Assembly (NCBI GenBank): GCA_977016875.1
Contig: CDRNST010000218.1
Span: forward strand, 992,001 to 1,056,000
DNA from: Pavona decussata
Taxonomy: Eukaryota
DNA length: 64,000 nt
Reading direction: 5' to 3'
Notes under the pieces: model-generated
What the model was told of the DNA's origin: nothing
Seen by the model: the letters and a program-made list of their open reading frames with translations, nothing else
Databases searched by the model: none
Made by a program: the position numbers and the translations under genes
Shown here: positions 33,702 to 46,025 of the stretch, one piece after another
Layout: each line of letters begins with the position of its first letter
Numbering within the stretch: position 1 is the stretch's first letter

Positions 33702-36700
33702 ATGGCGGACGACCGTGAAGGGGCAGTGGACGGTATTCGTGAAACCGATTTAAACGACGATATTATTTCTGGTGCCATTGGTACTAATGCAACTACAAGG
33801 ATCGATTTTGAAGAAGATGACCCACGACATTTCCCTGGCATGGATGAAATGTTGAAAGTGGCAACTGATTTACAGGGTAGTGGACATTCCATTCAACTCA
33901 ACGACACACCGGGCGACTCACCAAGATTAGAACTAGAAAATTCTGGTGAGGAAATTATACTGAACGTGTTCTTGCTTCTTCTAGTGTTGCTATGTAAGGT
34001 TCATCGTGTGTCAACACGAGTGGGAACGCACCCGTTTGTCTATTTTACGTTTGTTTCCGCATGTACGTAATAGTATCCTCAAAAGTTGTGCCGGAATAAC
34101 CACCCTCGGTTTGTGTTTAGACCAAGCCCATATTTGACGGTTTAGTTGGCGAAGAAAGAGCGAATTTCTCGTCCAGATTTCTCAATGTTTATTTCCATCT
34201 TCAAGTTAAGAATTGCATTTTTTTGGCATTATTAAAAAAGTCTTTTCAAGCCAAAGCTTTCGTTAACACTAACTCCAAGAAGTTTCTCCTAATTTCAGTG
34301 TTAATCTGATTTGAGTTCTTTCGTTGCGTGGAAAAAAAGTTACGGCTATGTAGTAAAAAAATCATGGTGTACCTGTATGTTGTACTTTGAGAGGACATGG
34401 CTTATTCGCTGTTTAACAATGTCAGCATACAAAGAGAAAAAATCCAGAAAACCAAGCCAGATAGCATTGTCTTACATTGTATATAAGCTTACTATTAGCA
34501 TTTTTAACATCGAAGCAAAGAAATCCGATGAATGCGTTTAAGAAATAGTTTTTTTATTTCTTATAGTCAGAAAATTCTCACTGTTATGGAAAAAAGTAAT
34601 GTGTAAAAAAATGGAGCAGTGGCTATGCCCAGTGAATCCCACTCCAAGCATTTCATTTGTTTTTTCAAATCTCACCAAGTGGTAAGATTGCAGGCTGGTA
34701 TATACCAATTAATACCATTTTTGTATAACAATACGTTATGCTACATCTTTTTTGAAAACCGTAATGATGATGATTGGAATAACCCACATGGAAGGCATCC
34801 TCATGATGAAGGTACTTAGATGTGTGCATTTTCCTTCTTTCATAAAAAGGTTTAAGTTATTCAGCCCTTTCAATGTGTACCAGTGACTAAAAAGACTAGT
34901 CAGCCACCTCATTGACGCAAATCAAGGCTGTTGCATAAGAAAATTTTCAAGGAGCCCACAAGGCCAAAAGCAAAGAAGTTAGGAGCCCAACATGTAAAGT
35001 GTTAGGTGCCCAGAGCATTTTCTAAGGTTCCCCAGGCTACTGGGCTTCTGCTAGGCAACAGAGTGCAAATGAAACTGACAGTAATAAATTGAAATGTGTC
35101 GTCACAAAGTCCCATTGGCTTTATTTCTTTTTTGTAATTAAACATTACCCTTCAACCTTTTACATTTCTTTAAAACTTGTGCTGATGAAGGGTAGACCAA
35201 TGGCTATGCAAACTGTGTGCAAGATGTTATCTAATTGCACACATTTTTTTTGTGTGTTTATTAAAGCATAGATTGTATGCTGATTAATGAAACCTAAAAT
35301 ACTACATTTTGTTACTTTAACTTGCTTAAAAAAATTAAAACCCTGAGTGATTTATTTATTAAATAATGTTGACTTTTCTGAAGCCTGATTTACACATAGT
35401 CTAGTTGCAAATATTACTTTGTTTGTCTGTGAGAAAAAAAGAATATTTGCACATTTACCCCTTAGGGATGCCTTTTTCAGTCTACTATAAATTCTAAAGT
35501 AGTGGTTAGAACACAGATCTTAATCTCGGTTTCTTTGTGTACTGAAATAACATAAAAAACAAAAATTGTACATCTCTAAACAATGTATCATAAATATTTC
35601 GGTTTGTCCCAGGGATGCATTCTCACAATGATAGTTTCTCTGTTGTATACGCACAAGAACAATAGCGCAAAATATAAGATCATTTCAAATTATACAGAAT
35701 TTGAATAAAACTTTACATTAAAAGTTATAGAGCATATTACATGACCATGCAGAGATACGGAAGTTCTCCAAGCAACCATGTGATGTTCTGTACACCAATG
35801 AAATACCAAACCATTGCAAAAGGTGCCATTTATTATGTAACCACGGCAACGGTAATCTTTTCACATGTGAAGATATCATGTTTTCGCCCGAAAGCTCACC
35901 TAGTATTTCACTGGTGTTCATATAATAAAAAATATTACATTTGTTAAAGGAATGCCACTGGTTGTGTTTTCCACTCATAATTTGTGATAACTCATTGATC
36001 TTCACTGGTTAGTTTTAAGATTATTTTGATTGTGGTTAGTGTCATACAATATCACAAGTCTTTTTAACTATGTATCACCCTTCAAGACCTCTTTACTCGT
36101 GTAGTAAGAATTTGGAAACACATGCTACATAGGCTAGCAAACTTTCGGAAAGTCCTTTTTCCTCTGGGACTTGATAGATGATGATGGGAAAGTTCAATGG
36201 AATGCTCTGAGGATGATCTTAGCCATTAAAATTATTTCGTCTATGCTGTTTTTGTATTATTAATATTTTAAAATGTAACAACTGATTAAGTGTCATCTGG
36301 CACTGCCACTAACTTTTGTGTATCCAGGAGAGAATTTCCCTCTTAGTATTTTTCAACTTTTAAAAATGGGTGATTTGTCTTCATTGTCCTCTAAAATGGA
36401 TCTCAAGTTGACCATCAGGTACAGGTTTCACCTGATGTTAATTGTTGTTTATTTAACCTTCGACAGGAACTTCATCAACAAGTTCATGGCAACCACCGGA
36501 AGGGACATACCAGAATGGCCATCCTGCCGCCCCAGCTGTCATTCGACCAGGTACTGCACAGAAAATAGATCACTTGAAGAAATGGAGTATTTCAACATAC
36601 AAGTATACTAGGCAGTACCTTTCTGAAAGATTTGGTAAAGGAACAAGAACTGTGGACACTGAACTTGAAGGACAAATTCTTTTGTTGAAAGAAACTCAAG

Positions 36701-38920
36701 CCAAGTATATGAATGTTCTGAAGCTTGCAAAGCAGATGTCACTTCATTTTAGCAACATGGTTCAAAGTCAGAGGGGTCTTGCGGATGCGTTTGCCGATTT
36801 AGGGATGAAGTCTCCTGAGTTGCAGGATGAGTTCAACTATAATTCAGAGTCTCAAAGGTCACTTGCAAAGAATGGGGAAGTGCTTCTAGGGGCACTGAAC
36901 TTTTTTACATCCAACTTGTCCACTCTTGTACACAAGACCATGGAGGATTCCATCATGACGGTGAAAGCGTATGAATCTGCCAGAATAGAGTATGATGCTT
37001 ACAGAACAGACTTGGAGTCTACCCAAGCGGGACCAAGAACTGCAGTGACTGCTGTTAAAGCTGAAGAAGCTAAACAACAGTATGACATCCAGAAAGAGAA
37101 ATTTGACAAACTCCGAGGTGACTTGGCAATCAAACTCAGATTCTTGGAGGAAAATAAGGTACTGGTATAGCTTTTCAAAGAAACTTTTGCCTTGTGATAT
37201 TTTTTCATGAATTTGTAGAGTTTTGTCTGCTTGAAGTCTGCTCTGAGGTGATTATAAGAAAAGTGTTGAATCAGAGAATGTGAGAGGACATGCCTCCAGG
37301 CTTTCACTTTGTTTTTCACTGATTTTCGCAATTTTGTCTGCAAGGGTCTACTTTTTCATTGATTGGTTCTGATAGCAATCTGAAAGCTGAAAGGAACAGA
37401 TATTCCAGTCAAAGATCCAACATGTGTGAAGTTAATAATTATTGCAACACTGATCATTTTAAGTCTATATACAAAATTCCAGCTACCAAAGTGTACCAAT
37501 AAGACAAGAACAGAATTGATTATGGCATAAATATGAATGTTTATTTTTTTAAGCCTGGATTCCTGTTGGGAGAACAAGGAAATCCTCATTCTCCCTGTTG
37601 ACTCCTGTTGGGAGAACTCGAATTTCCTGATTTCCCGAGTATGCCTGATTGCCTGTGTCACTGAGTGAATAATACATCATTCTTAGAATTGATGTGGAAG
37701 CCACACACCCAGATTCTCTTCATAATAATAAAGATTAAACCAATGTCACCTAGGGAAAATCAAGAAATTAGCAAAGTGATAATAAACTACCCATGTACAG
37801 TAAAAATACACAAGGTAAAAAAACAACAACACTCCTCCAAAACATTAAGTAAAAATCTCTAAAATTTTGATGAAAGTTGATTGTCTTGACACATGGGCGA
37901 ATTTGATCTGCTCGCGAGGACGTGTTTGTTTACATAAGATTATGTAGTTGCCACGTTTCATCAATGAAAATAGAAGGACAAGCAGACAAAAAGCTTTCCC
38001 AAATGAATAATTAATTCAGAGAAGCCTTTTTATACACCCAAGAAGCGAGTGTGTAAAACTTTTGCTATGATTCGAGAACCACGCAAGCAATTTGAATGAA
38101 TTGCGAGTCAATTTTGAAGCGAATTTATTTACCCTTTTGGAGCACCTTGTTTAAAAATTTTGCAAAAACTCTTAGGAATATGAAGAATCGGTCAATTAGA
38201 AAAGTATTTCAGCACAAATTGGCGTGGATTCCCAGAAGCGCTCACACATTACCAAGAAAGTCTGCAACTTAAATGATGATTTGAGGTGTACTCTTACTCT
38301 TTGCTCCTTCTGAAAAAGCGAAATTGGCGTCTTAAAAATTCACGCTTGAGCTTTTTACTGAAATTTTTTTTATTTTTTGTGTGGGACAAAAGTGTTCCTT
38401 TCCAGGCCCCCCTAAGACCTAGAAATATATATGCAGACAATGGATTCTGATCAGTCAGTCTTTCCTGAAGACAATTACAACAAAAGGGGAACATCTTGGG
38501 GAGGCAGGAACCAAACACAAACATGCACAAAATCACAGTCAGTTTTGGCCGGCACAGTGATCAATGGATTAATAATAAATATGGTACTTACAGGTGATCC
38601 AGTAGACTTATTCAAAAATATTTCAATGGATGTCCTTGGTTTTTTTGGATGTGTTTGGAATTCACCATGAATGTAGAACAAGGATTTCCAAAAAAGGAAT
38701 GTAATACATGGAAATCGTTTAGTAGTTTACTGATAATCAAAGTTGTTGCTGCTTTTGTCTTGGTCAGGTGAAGGTGATGCACAAGCAGTTACTACTATTC
38801 CAGAATGCTATAAGTGCTTACTTTGCTGGAAACAAGCAGGCCTTAGAAAACTGTATCAAGGAATTCCATATAAAAATCAAGAGTAAAGAGGGCAACCAGC
38901 AATCATTCCTGGAGCATTGA
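33702..38920 (+). CDS. ARFIP2: Arfaptin (AH/BAR domain, arfaptin-1/2-like), 3 coding exons, ~362 aa
   Basis: Exons 33702-33945, 36467-37158, 38768-38920 (GT-AG, phases 1 and 0, 1089 nt). Hallmarks: LKKWSISTYKYTRQ..SERFGKGTRTVD, YESARIEYDAYRTDLE, IKLRFLEENK|VKVMHKQLLLFQNAISAYFAGN. Exon 1 is less conserved, so its assignment is somewhat less certain. Confidence 0.92.
35724..35930. mobile_element. Short element of the same palindrome + internal-IR topology
   Basis: ATAGAGCATATTACATG / CATGTGATGTTCTGT arms; ACACCAATGAAATAC is matched by GTATTTCACTGGTGT near the far end. Confidence 0.55.
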
Positions 38921-39526
38921 GGCATGTAACAGTGGCTTACAATAGTAGTTTGGTTTTAATAAGGTGTAGACAAAGGGTATAGCATTGTGGGCAACATGAC
39001 ATGCAGTCGTAAATGTGCTGTGTGTCTAACCCCAAAATGTTACATGCAAAATCGTGTACAACAGTTTAGAAATGCAATCTACAGCACTGTACACAGCAAT
39101 TTTGGAGGTGTATGGAGTTTCTCTGTAATTTCACTGTATGCAGTGTTGTACCATATGGCTGGGTCCTTATGTCAAATGCTCATTTGGGCAACAAAGAAAA
39201 CAAGAACTGATTGCTTCTGAGTAGTAAAAAAATACATGAATATACTTTAAATCAAAAGCAAGACACACATGGAAAGGAAATATTATTGTTTTAGTTGAGT
39301 CTCTGCAAAAATCATGTTGGAAATTTTCCATGATTTCCTCACTGTCGACAAAAAGCTTAGCTGTTAAAAAAGAGAAAATATTTTAAATGGGGTTCTTATT
39401 TGTGTAATCAGTGAACTGTATTCAGTTTTTCATGAGGATAGGAATACCAACAAATGAGTCCCTGATGGGACTTATAAGACCCTTGACCTTGTCAAGGGTC
39501 TTACACTCATCGGGAACTCAGATTAA

Positions 39527-39868
39527 GGACAGTGCCTACTGATAAAGAAGTATTTTGTGTGGCTTATGACTATGCGGGAAAAGCAGATCTTAGCAGGGAT
39601 TAATTTAGCAACAATAAAAAGAAATTATTCTAAAAAAAAACAGTAAAAATACAAAGCAATGTATGACGTTTTTTTTTTTTTTTCCAAATTGAAGCTTTGT
39701 TATCTCTGAAAAATGCCTGGTTACCCCCAATTTTGCTAAGTTCTGCTTTCTCCGCATAGTTTTAAACCGTGCAAGAATGTCCCTGTTTTAGTAGGCACCA
39801 CCCATAGGAAACCTGAGTATCTCGAGATGCGCAAAACGTCTGCGCAGTAATAAAAGTAGGCGCCGTCC
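39527..39868. mobile_element. Kolobok-like MITE
   Basis: GGACAGTGCCTACT / AGTAGGCGCCGTCC termini with TTAA/TCAA flanks. Same family as 56870-57285, in the opposite orientation. Confidence 0.75.
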
Positions 39869-40828
39869 TCAACATATGCCTTTTTACTTTGTTGCATAGA
39901 AACTAAATACGCTTTTACCTTTTAATGTAAACATTGTTGGAAATCAGGTCTTTACGTTGAAGGATCCAACTCAGTAAAGACATATTTGGTCTACAGTATA
40001 ATACACAGAAGTGGTAGTGGTGGTGCAGGTTGTACTGAGGACTGACGAACGTTCAAATTATTGGTACAATTGATTCTGGGCCTTATGTCATGTAATTATT
40101 CTTGTTCAACTTGATAAAGAACTTTTCACAGGTAGCAGTCTGAGTAGACTGTGGACATTCACCCACAAGAGATGTACAAATTATGCGAACAACTGTAAAC
40201 TAAGTTTCTTGCTGAATCTAACATGCTCTGTATAAAGTAGGAGAAGGTAGAGACTGCTTGTAGTGTACAATCTAAGCAAAATAATTATTTGGTCATCAGG
40301 GATCATATTGAAGATGATTTTTCTGTTCAACAGTAGTAACTAGTCTACTAGTGGATGGGGATGTGGATAGAAGCGACGACAATTCTTCTATAAGCATCTG
40401 GAATATCATGGTGTACAGGGGAGGATTCCCCTGTAAGTCTTTTCTAGAATAATAATTGTGAGAGATGAAGTTTAAAACAACTTGACTACTAATCTACGTT
40501 TCCAGTGACTGATAGTTAACTCTGCCTTGCCTTGTTGACTTAAATTTATTGTGCTAAGGTCCGACAGGGTCAGTGTAATGCAGTCACTTATATAGTCTTA
40601 AGTTATTCCCTCTTTGGATGAATGAAGTTTGATATATTTTTGCAGCATTTAGGACTGAATGTAAATTTTGTCCCATAGGCTGCATGCTTCAAAGTTTTAT
40701 ATCAAGCTGATAACTAACCAAGAGAATCGACAACAGCTAACACAATAAATTACTGACAAAATTCTTTTTGGGGCGTATGAAAGATTGGCTTTGTAAAATT
40801 AGGCATTTTTTTAGGCTTAAAATATGGT

Positions 40829-41714
40829 TAATCTTGTACCCAAATGTTTTTGTGGTAAAATTGGTCACATTCTCCAATCTGATTGGTCAATGAAAATGGC
40901 TTGATGCAAATTGGGTCACCATGTTTGTGCAAACTTTCAAACCTTTGCTCTGCATGCACAAAGACGCAAACTCTACAGAAAACATGTCTTGATGCTTCTG
41001 GCCTTCTATGAAAAGTGGTTTCTTGCACCGATTTGAACTTAAGATCTCATTAAACTAGTACTGGTTCTTCCATTGTGCATATTTCATAGCATGTCTCTCT
41101 TTTAAATTTAAATTTCTTTTCCCCAAAGTTTTGGGGAAAATTTTGGTCGGCAATCTGACACATACAACTGCTAACTTTGCATACCATTATCAACAAACTT
41201 CAGCCCAGCCTCTCATATGAGAAACTTAAAATCCTTGAATTTATTTATTTTTTTTTTTTTTTTAATTTGATAGGTGGAATCTTACAGACATTTTTAGCAA
41301 CAAATTGATCTTTAAAATCCATCATGGGTAGCTCATGCAGCTTTCTCGGGCTGTAAATTTTAGGCATGCACAGTCAGGTCATAGTTATAAAAGGCAATGG
41401 TTATGACGCCTGACAAATTTCTTTGTTGTGGTTTGGTAGCATGTTTGGCCTTGACAGTGCACAGACAACAACAGATTTTGAAATGTGTTGGAGCAACTGA
41501 CCAAAAGAAACGTTCGTGTTAAAATATTCAACTGTAGTGTGAACATTCAAACAAAGGATTGTCCACTGTCGTGGCCCTTCGAACATAATTGCAGCACCAT
41601 TGTTTTCATGACAAATATTCATAACCAGTCCCTCAATTAACTATGGTCAGGTAATGAGCCATATTCCTGATACATTTTGATGCATTAAAATGAATTTTAC
41701 TGGGTACAAGATTA
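40829..41714. mobile_element. TIR element with 10-bp TSD (AcademH-like)
   Basis: TAATCTTGTACCCA / TGGGTACAAGATTA termini flanked by AAAATATGGT / AAAATGTGGT. Confidence 0.7.
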
Positions 41715-41888
41715 AAAATGTGGTTTGAATTTTTTTCTCATCAGTTTAATTTTTACTTTCCTTTGTTCCAGATTATAGTAACCAATCCAATTCTGAGACA
41801 AATGAAAATATATTAAGAATTAAAATAGTTTGAAATTTTTCAAACCAAATACAAATTTAAACCACATTGCAGATTTTAGAGTTGAGGT

Positions 41889-41933
41889 GTAAATGCCAAT
41901 GAACAAACTAGCAGTTTGTTCATTGGCATTTAC
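41889..41933. repeat. Perfect 21-bp inverted repeat, 3-nt loop
   Basis: GTAAATGCCAATGAACAAACT-AGC-AGTTTGTTCATTGGCATTTAC. Confidence 0.95.
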
Positions 41934-42224
41934 GACAAAGTAGCATTTATAAGCAAGTAGTTTTGTGTCTAACGTAACGGATGTATTTGTAAATTATGAA
42001 AATAATTTATTGGTTTTATGAAAATGTTGGCCTTTCTTTGTGTCGTGCTGAGCTCAAACAGTTGATTCCCTTTGCCCATCTTCTCTTCCTTTCACAAGAA
42101 ACTACATTTGTTCCTCCCATTTATTCTGGTACATACATGTAGGTATTCCATTTTGCCTTAGTGTAAGCATAGAGCCTGAGTGAGATCTTGTTGCTGCAGA
42201 AATCCAAGGCCATGAACAGGCGAG

Positions 42225-43060
42225 TGTTATAAGCGCGCTCCTTTGTGTGAGCTCTATCGTATTAATGCGTTCAAATGTGTTAGAATCCCAGACCGAAGAG
42301 CAGTACTCTGAAACTCTAATGTAGGCTGAACGAGTGGATTGTATGCTTTCTCCTCTGTTTTGCGTGGACAGTTTAACGACGCTCAGAGTCTTCCCGTTCA
42401 CTTTCTTTAACCCTTTCCCGCCCAAGAGTGCCATATGGCACAAGATACAATAATGAGCTCAGTATTTGGTCCATTTGTGTGAAATTTGCACAACCAAAAG
42501 ATCTTGGAAAGATCTATAAATTGAAGGCATAAAATCATGCCCCCCTCCTATATGAGACTTGATTTACCACCCCTCAAACTTTTGGACTTTTTTTCCTTTG
42601 TACGTGAAGGGTCTAGTTGATATCTTACAACAAGCAATGCACTGAGAGCTGTACATTAAGCTATAGTTTAGGGGGATACCCAGTATGTACATCGAATAGG
42701 AAAATTTTCAAAGTTTTTCTTCTTTCGTTTTGGACTTTTCTCACTCTAATATGTGACTTCCTCCATCTCTGTTGGTGTGATTTATAGCACACCCCAGAAA
42801 ATACCTTTTAAATGGTTTATCACATGTGGTCTTCCAGTTCATAGTTAGCGATTTAGAAAATTCGGCATTTCCCTCGGGCAGGAAAGGGTTAAGATACAGG
42901 CCACATGGTCATTCCTGCTGAGGTGCACCCCCAGATCTTTTGTAGAGTTTACTGTCTCAACGATAAGACCATGGAGTTTGTAATTGTAAACAAAGAGTAC
43001 CTGGAGTCACATGACACTTTCCAATGTTGAATTCCATTTTCCAATCTGACTCCTATTTTT
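42225..43060 (-). mobile_element. Decayed LINE (CR1/L2-group) RT C-terminal fragment, interrupted by the piggyBac-like MITE
   Basis: Minus-strand fragments WKMEFNIGKCHV, KDLGVHL, EYCSSVWD, ELTQRSA. Confidence 0.7.
42411..42888. mobile_element. piggyBac-like MITE
   Basis: TTAA|CCCTTTCCCGCCC ... GGGCAGGAAAGGG|TTAA. Confidence 0.8.
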
Positions 43061-43943
43061 CCTGGCTGTTTATATCCCGTTGCATGGCACAAGACTAACA
43101 AAAGAAATTCGAAGTCCTCGACACCTACGTTGAACCTGTCAAAAGCGCGACAGGTTCGACGCCTGGCTTATAGCCCATTTTCAGTATGGCAAACTGAACA
43201 CAAGTGACAAAGCTAAACATGTAACTTCTTTCTCCCAAAAATAGCCATGTTAGGACAAAAAGACCTGACATGATTTGTTCAAAATTAATTGCAGTAGGTA
43301 TAGAGAAGAATTTAGCTTAATTAACTTGTTTGTCCACAACGCTGGAACGGTTGCAAGGAAAACAACAAACTGTAAGTTGCTATCAGACACTATGGACACT
43401 GTAAAAGAAGTCTTTACCCTCAATAAAGTTTTTACCAACGCGGGAAAATCTACTGGGAGAAATAAAAGAAAACCTTGAAGAACCCGAATCTGCAGCCAAG
43501 GGCATAATAGGTCTTTGTCCTACTAGATGGACGGTGCGCGCGGTTTTTTTTTCTCCAGTCCGATATACATGGACAGATTATTGGGTGCCAAGCGCAAATG
43601 AACACTTTCGACTTCTTCTTTGGGCTGAATTTGGGACAGCGCCTGTTTTTTTTTTTTTTTTGTTTGTTTGTTTGTTTTTTTGTTTTTTTTTTTTCACATA
43701 ATTTATCGAAAACCTTACAGCAAACAAGGATGTCAGCTATTAGTGGTAAACGAGTCGCTCATCTTACCAAAGCGGTCCTGCAGGAAATGCGTAGTGATGC
43801 AAGCTTCAAATCATTTTATGATGCCGTTATACTGAAAAGCAAAAATTATTCTTCCATGATAGGGCCAGTGTTGCCAAGGAGAACACGCGCGCCTTCGAGA
43901 ATTGAAAGTGGTACTGGAGAACCAGCATATCCTGGGACGACAC

Positions 43944-44668
43944 AACCCCTTCAGGCGGCTGGTATGTCGGCTGATAATGTCCGCGGCTGAGAGATTGTCC
44001 GAAAAATGAATATTTGGCCGAGAAGCGAAACTTCGAGGGCAAATGTGAAATTTTGAGGACAATCTCTCAGCCAAGGACATTATTAGCCGACAAACCACCA
44101 AGCCAGAAAGGGGTTTATTTATTTTATAACCCTACCATTAATTTTTATATCGCGCGAAAACCGCTCGTAAAAAAGCCAGTGCTGATCTGATGGCGGATGC
44201 CCGCGATTGACGTAATCAAGTACATTTGATTGGTTTACAGGAACTTTATTTTCACTGTGATTGGACCAAAACTTGACAAACTGAATCAGTTGGCGTAGGA
44301 CTAAATCTGAAAGTCTACTCGTAACTTTCTACACCTTCAAAGACGTTGACAGCATGGTTTGTGACATTTTTGTACTTTCCGGAACAGCATTTGCGACCAG
44401 CTTTTTGATGTAAACATGACTGGACATCTACAAAACGAGTTTGTTTTTCTTCCATGTTAAATAACAAAGATGAAAAGGTGAAACTCTTGAGCTGGCTTTT
44501 TTTTTCCGATAGCTATTTCTTTTCAATGGAAATAATAGGAGGGCAATTATCGACGCAGGCGGGCGTTATTGCGTGATAACCACTGCGTGATAACCGTCCT
44601 GTGAATTTGCACCACGTGACGTAAAGTAGCCAATAAAATCGCGCGAAAATAAATGGGTGGGTTGTAAA
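43944..44668. mobile_element. Non-autonomous element with ~170-bp terminal palindrome and asymmetric internal inverted repeat
   Basis: Palindrome 43944-44115 centred on GAAGCGAAACTTC. 44122-44140 is inverse-complementary to the far end 44652-44668. It interrupts hAT coding sequence. Confidence 0.75.
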
Positions 44669-44721
44669 GGCAGATATATAATTTTCATCCAGCTCTCCAG
44701 TTCACATTTACCATAAGTGAG

Positions 44722-45660
44722 TTGGAGCTGCCGTTCCTTGACATCAAGTTGTCTATTAACTGCAGCGGGATACAAACGTTGGTATACTACAAGGAGACTG
44801 CACACATAACTATCTCCATCACACAACAGTGCAAACAGGCAATCCCTTACAGCCAGTTTCTCCGTCTCCGACGGATCTGTTCTAATGACGACGACTTCAA
44901 TAACAAAGCGGAGGAAATGAGAAGCTTTTTCTCAAAACGGGGCTATCTGGAGCAGCGCCTGAACGACGATCTACAGAGGCTCGCGACCATCTCGCGGGAC
45001 GCAGCTCTAAACCCAACACGCCTTGGCGAAACTACTGACAGCAGAGTGCCTCTGGTATTGACCTACCATCCTTTCAACACTGGAATCAGAAAGATCTTGT
45101 TGGACAATTTTGACATCTTGTCAACGGATCCTGAAACATGTGGAAGCTTCCCTGAGCCGCCCCTCGTCTCATATCGTCGTGACAGAAATCTCAGAGATAT
45201 TCTCGTGCATTCCACTGATGGCCCTACAACGCCTTCTGCTGCTGGATCCATTCCCTGCCGTCGTCCCCGTTGTCAGACATGCCAGTACATAACATCTCAG
45301 ACTGTTCTTCATGGACCCAAAAGCGCACACACCATCCGCGACTGTTTCAACTGTCAGTCTGAGAATGTTGTCTACTGTATCACTTGCCGCCGTTGTACCA
45401 GCATGTACATCGGAGAGACTGGAAGGCGCATACGGGAACGCTTCAGTGAGCACCTGCGCAGTATTCGCAATCGAACTCCTGTGCTTCCCGTAGCTGAACA
45501 CTTTAACTCCACCTCCCACTCGATAGACGATATCATGGTCTGCGGCGTCAAGCAGTGCACGGGGAACAACCTCCATCGAAAGCGGCAGGAAATGAAGCTT
45601 ATCTTCACGCTTGGCACACTTAGGCCAAGCGGACTTAACATTAATTTTAATTTCTTTTAA
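44722..45660 (+). pseudogene. Duplicated Penelope 3' ORF (thumb + GIY-YIG) inside the 5' pseudo-LTR
   Basis: 312-aa ORF nearly identical to 47807-48751. Confidence 0.88.
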
Positions 45661-45850
45661 TTTCTTTTAGTTTCTTTTAGTTTCTTGTATTTATTTTTAT
45701 ATTTATTTTTATTTCTTCTTCTTGCGCGCGTATTCCACGTGCGCGCGCACGCGCTTTACAGTTGCAGTTTAAATGTAATTTATGAGGATTCTTTTACGTG
45801 CGCACTACGTTAACGGTTAGGTTTTTTGTATGGTGCAACGCGCCTTTGTC

Positions 45851-45889
45851 GGTACACTGATTAAGGGCTCAGCCCGAAACGTTTGAACT
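45851..45889 (+). ncRNA. Minimal type I hammerhead ribozyme motif (mutated core) in Penelope pseudo-LTR
   Basis: Stem I GGTACA/TGAACT, core CTGATTA (canonical CUGAUGA), stem II GGGC-TCA-GCCC, GAAA, palindromic ACGT stem III, cleavage triplet GTT. Such motifs are established for PLE pseudo-LTRs. Confidence 0.75.
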
Positions 45890-46025
45890 AATGTACTCAG
45901 TTGACACTTTATTAACGTTTTAAGGTTTATTTTCATATATTTTGTATTCAAGTGTCACGCATCTACAGAGTTTCTACTCTTTTACTATTTATTTACGATT
46001 TTGATGCGATTTTACATCTTCACAA

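Noticed and set aside
34757-34811. Possible extra arfaptin exon (NRNDDDWNNPHGRHPHDE) with a phase-compatible donor
   Set aside because: No phase-compatible AG acceptor nearby; needs RNA-seq.
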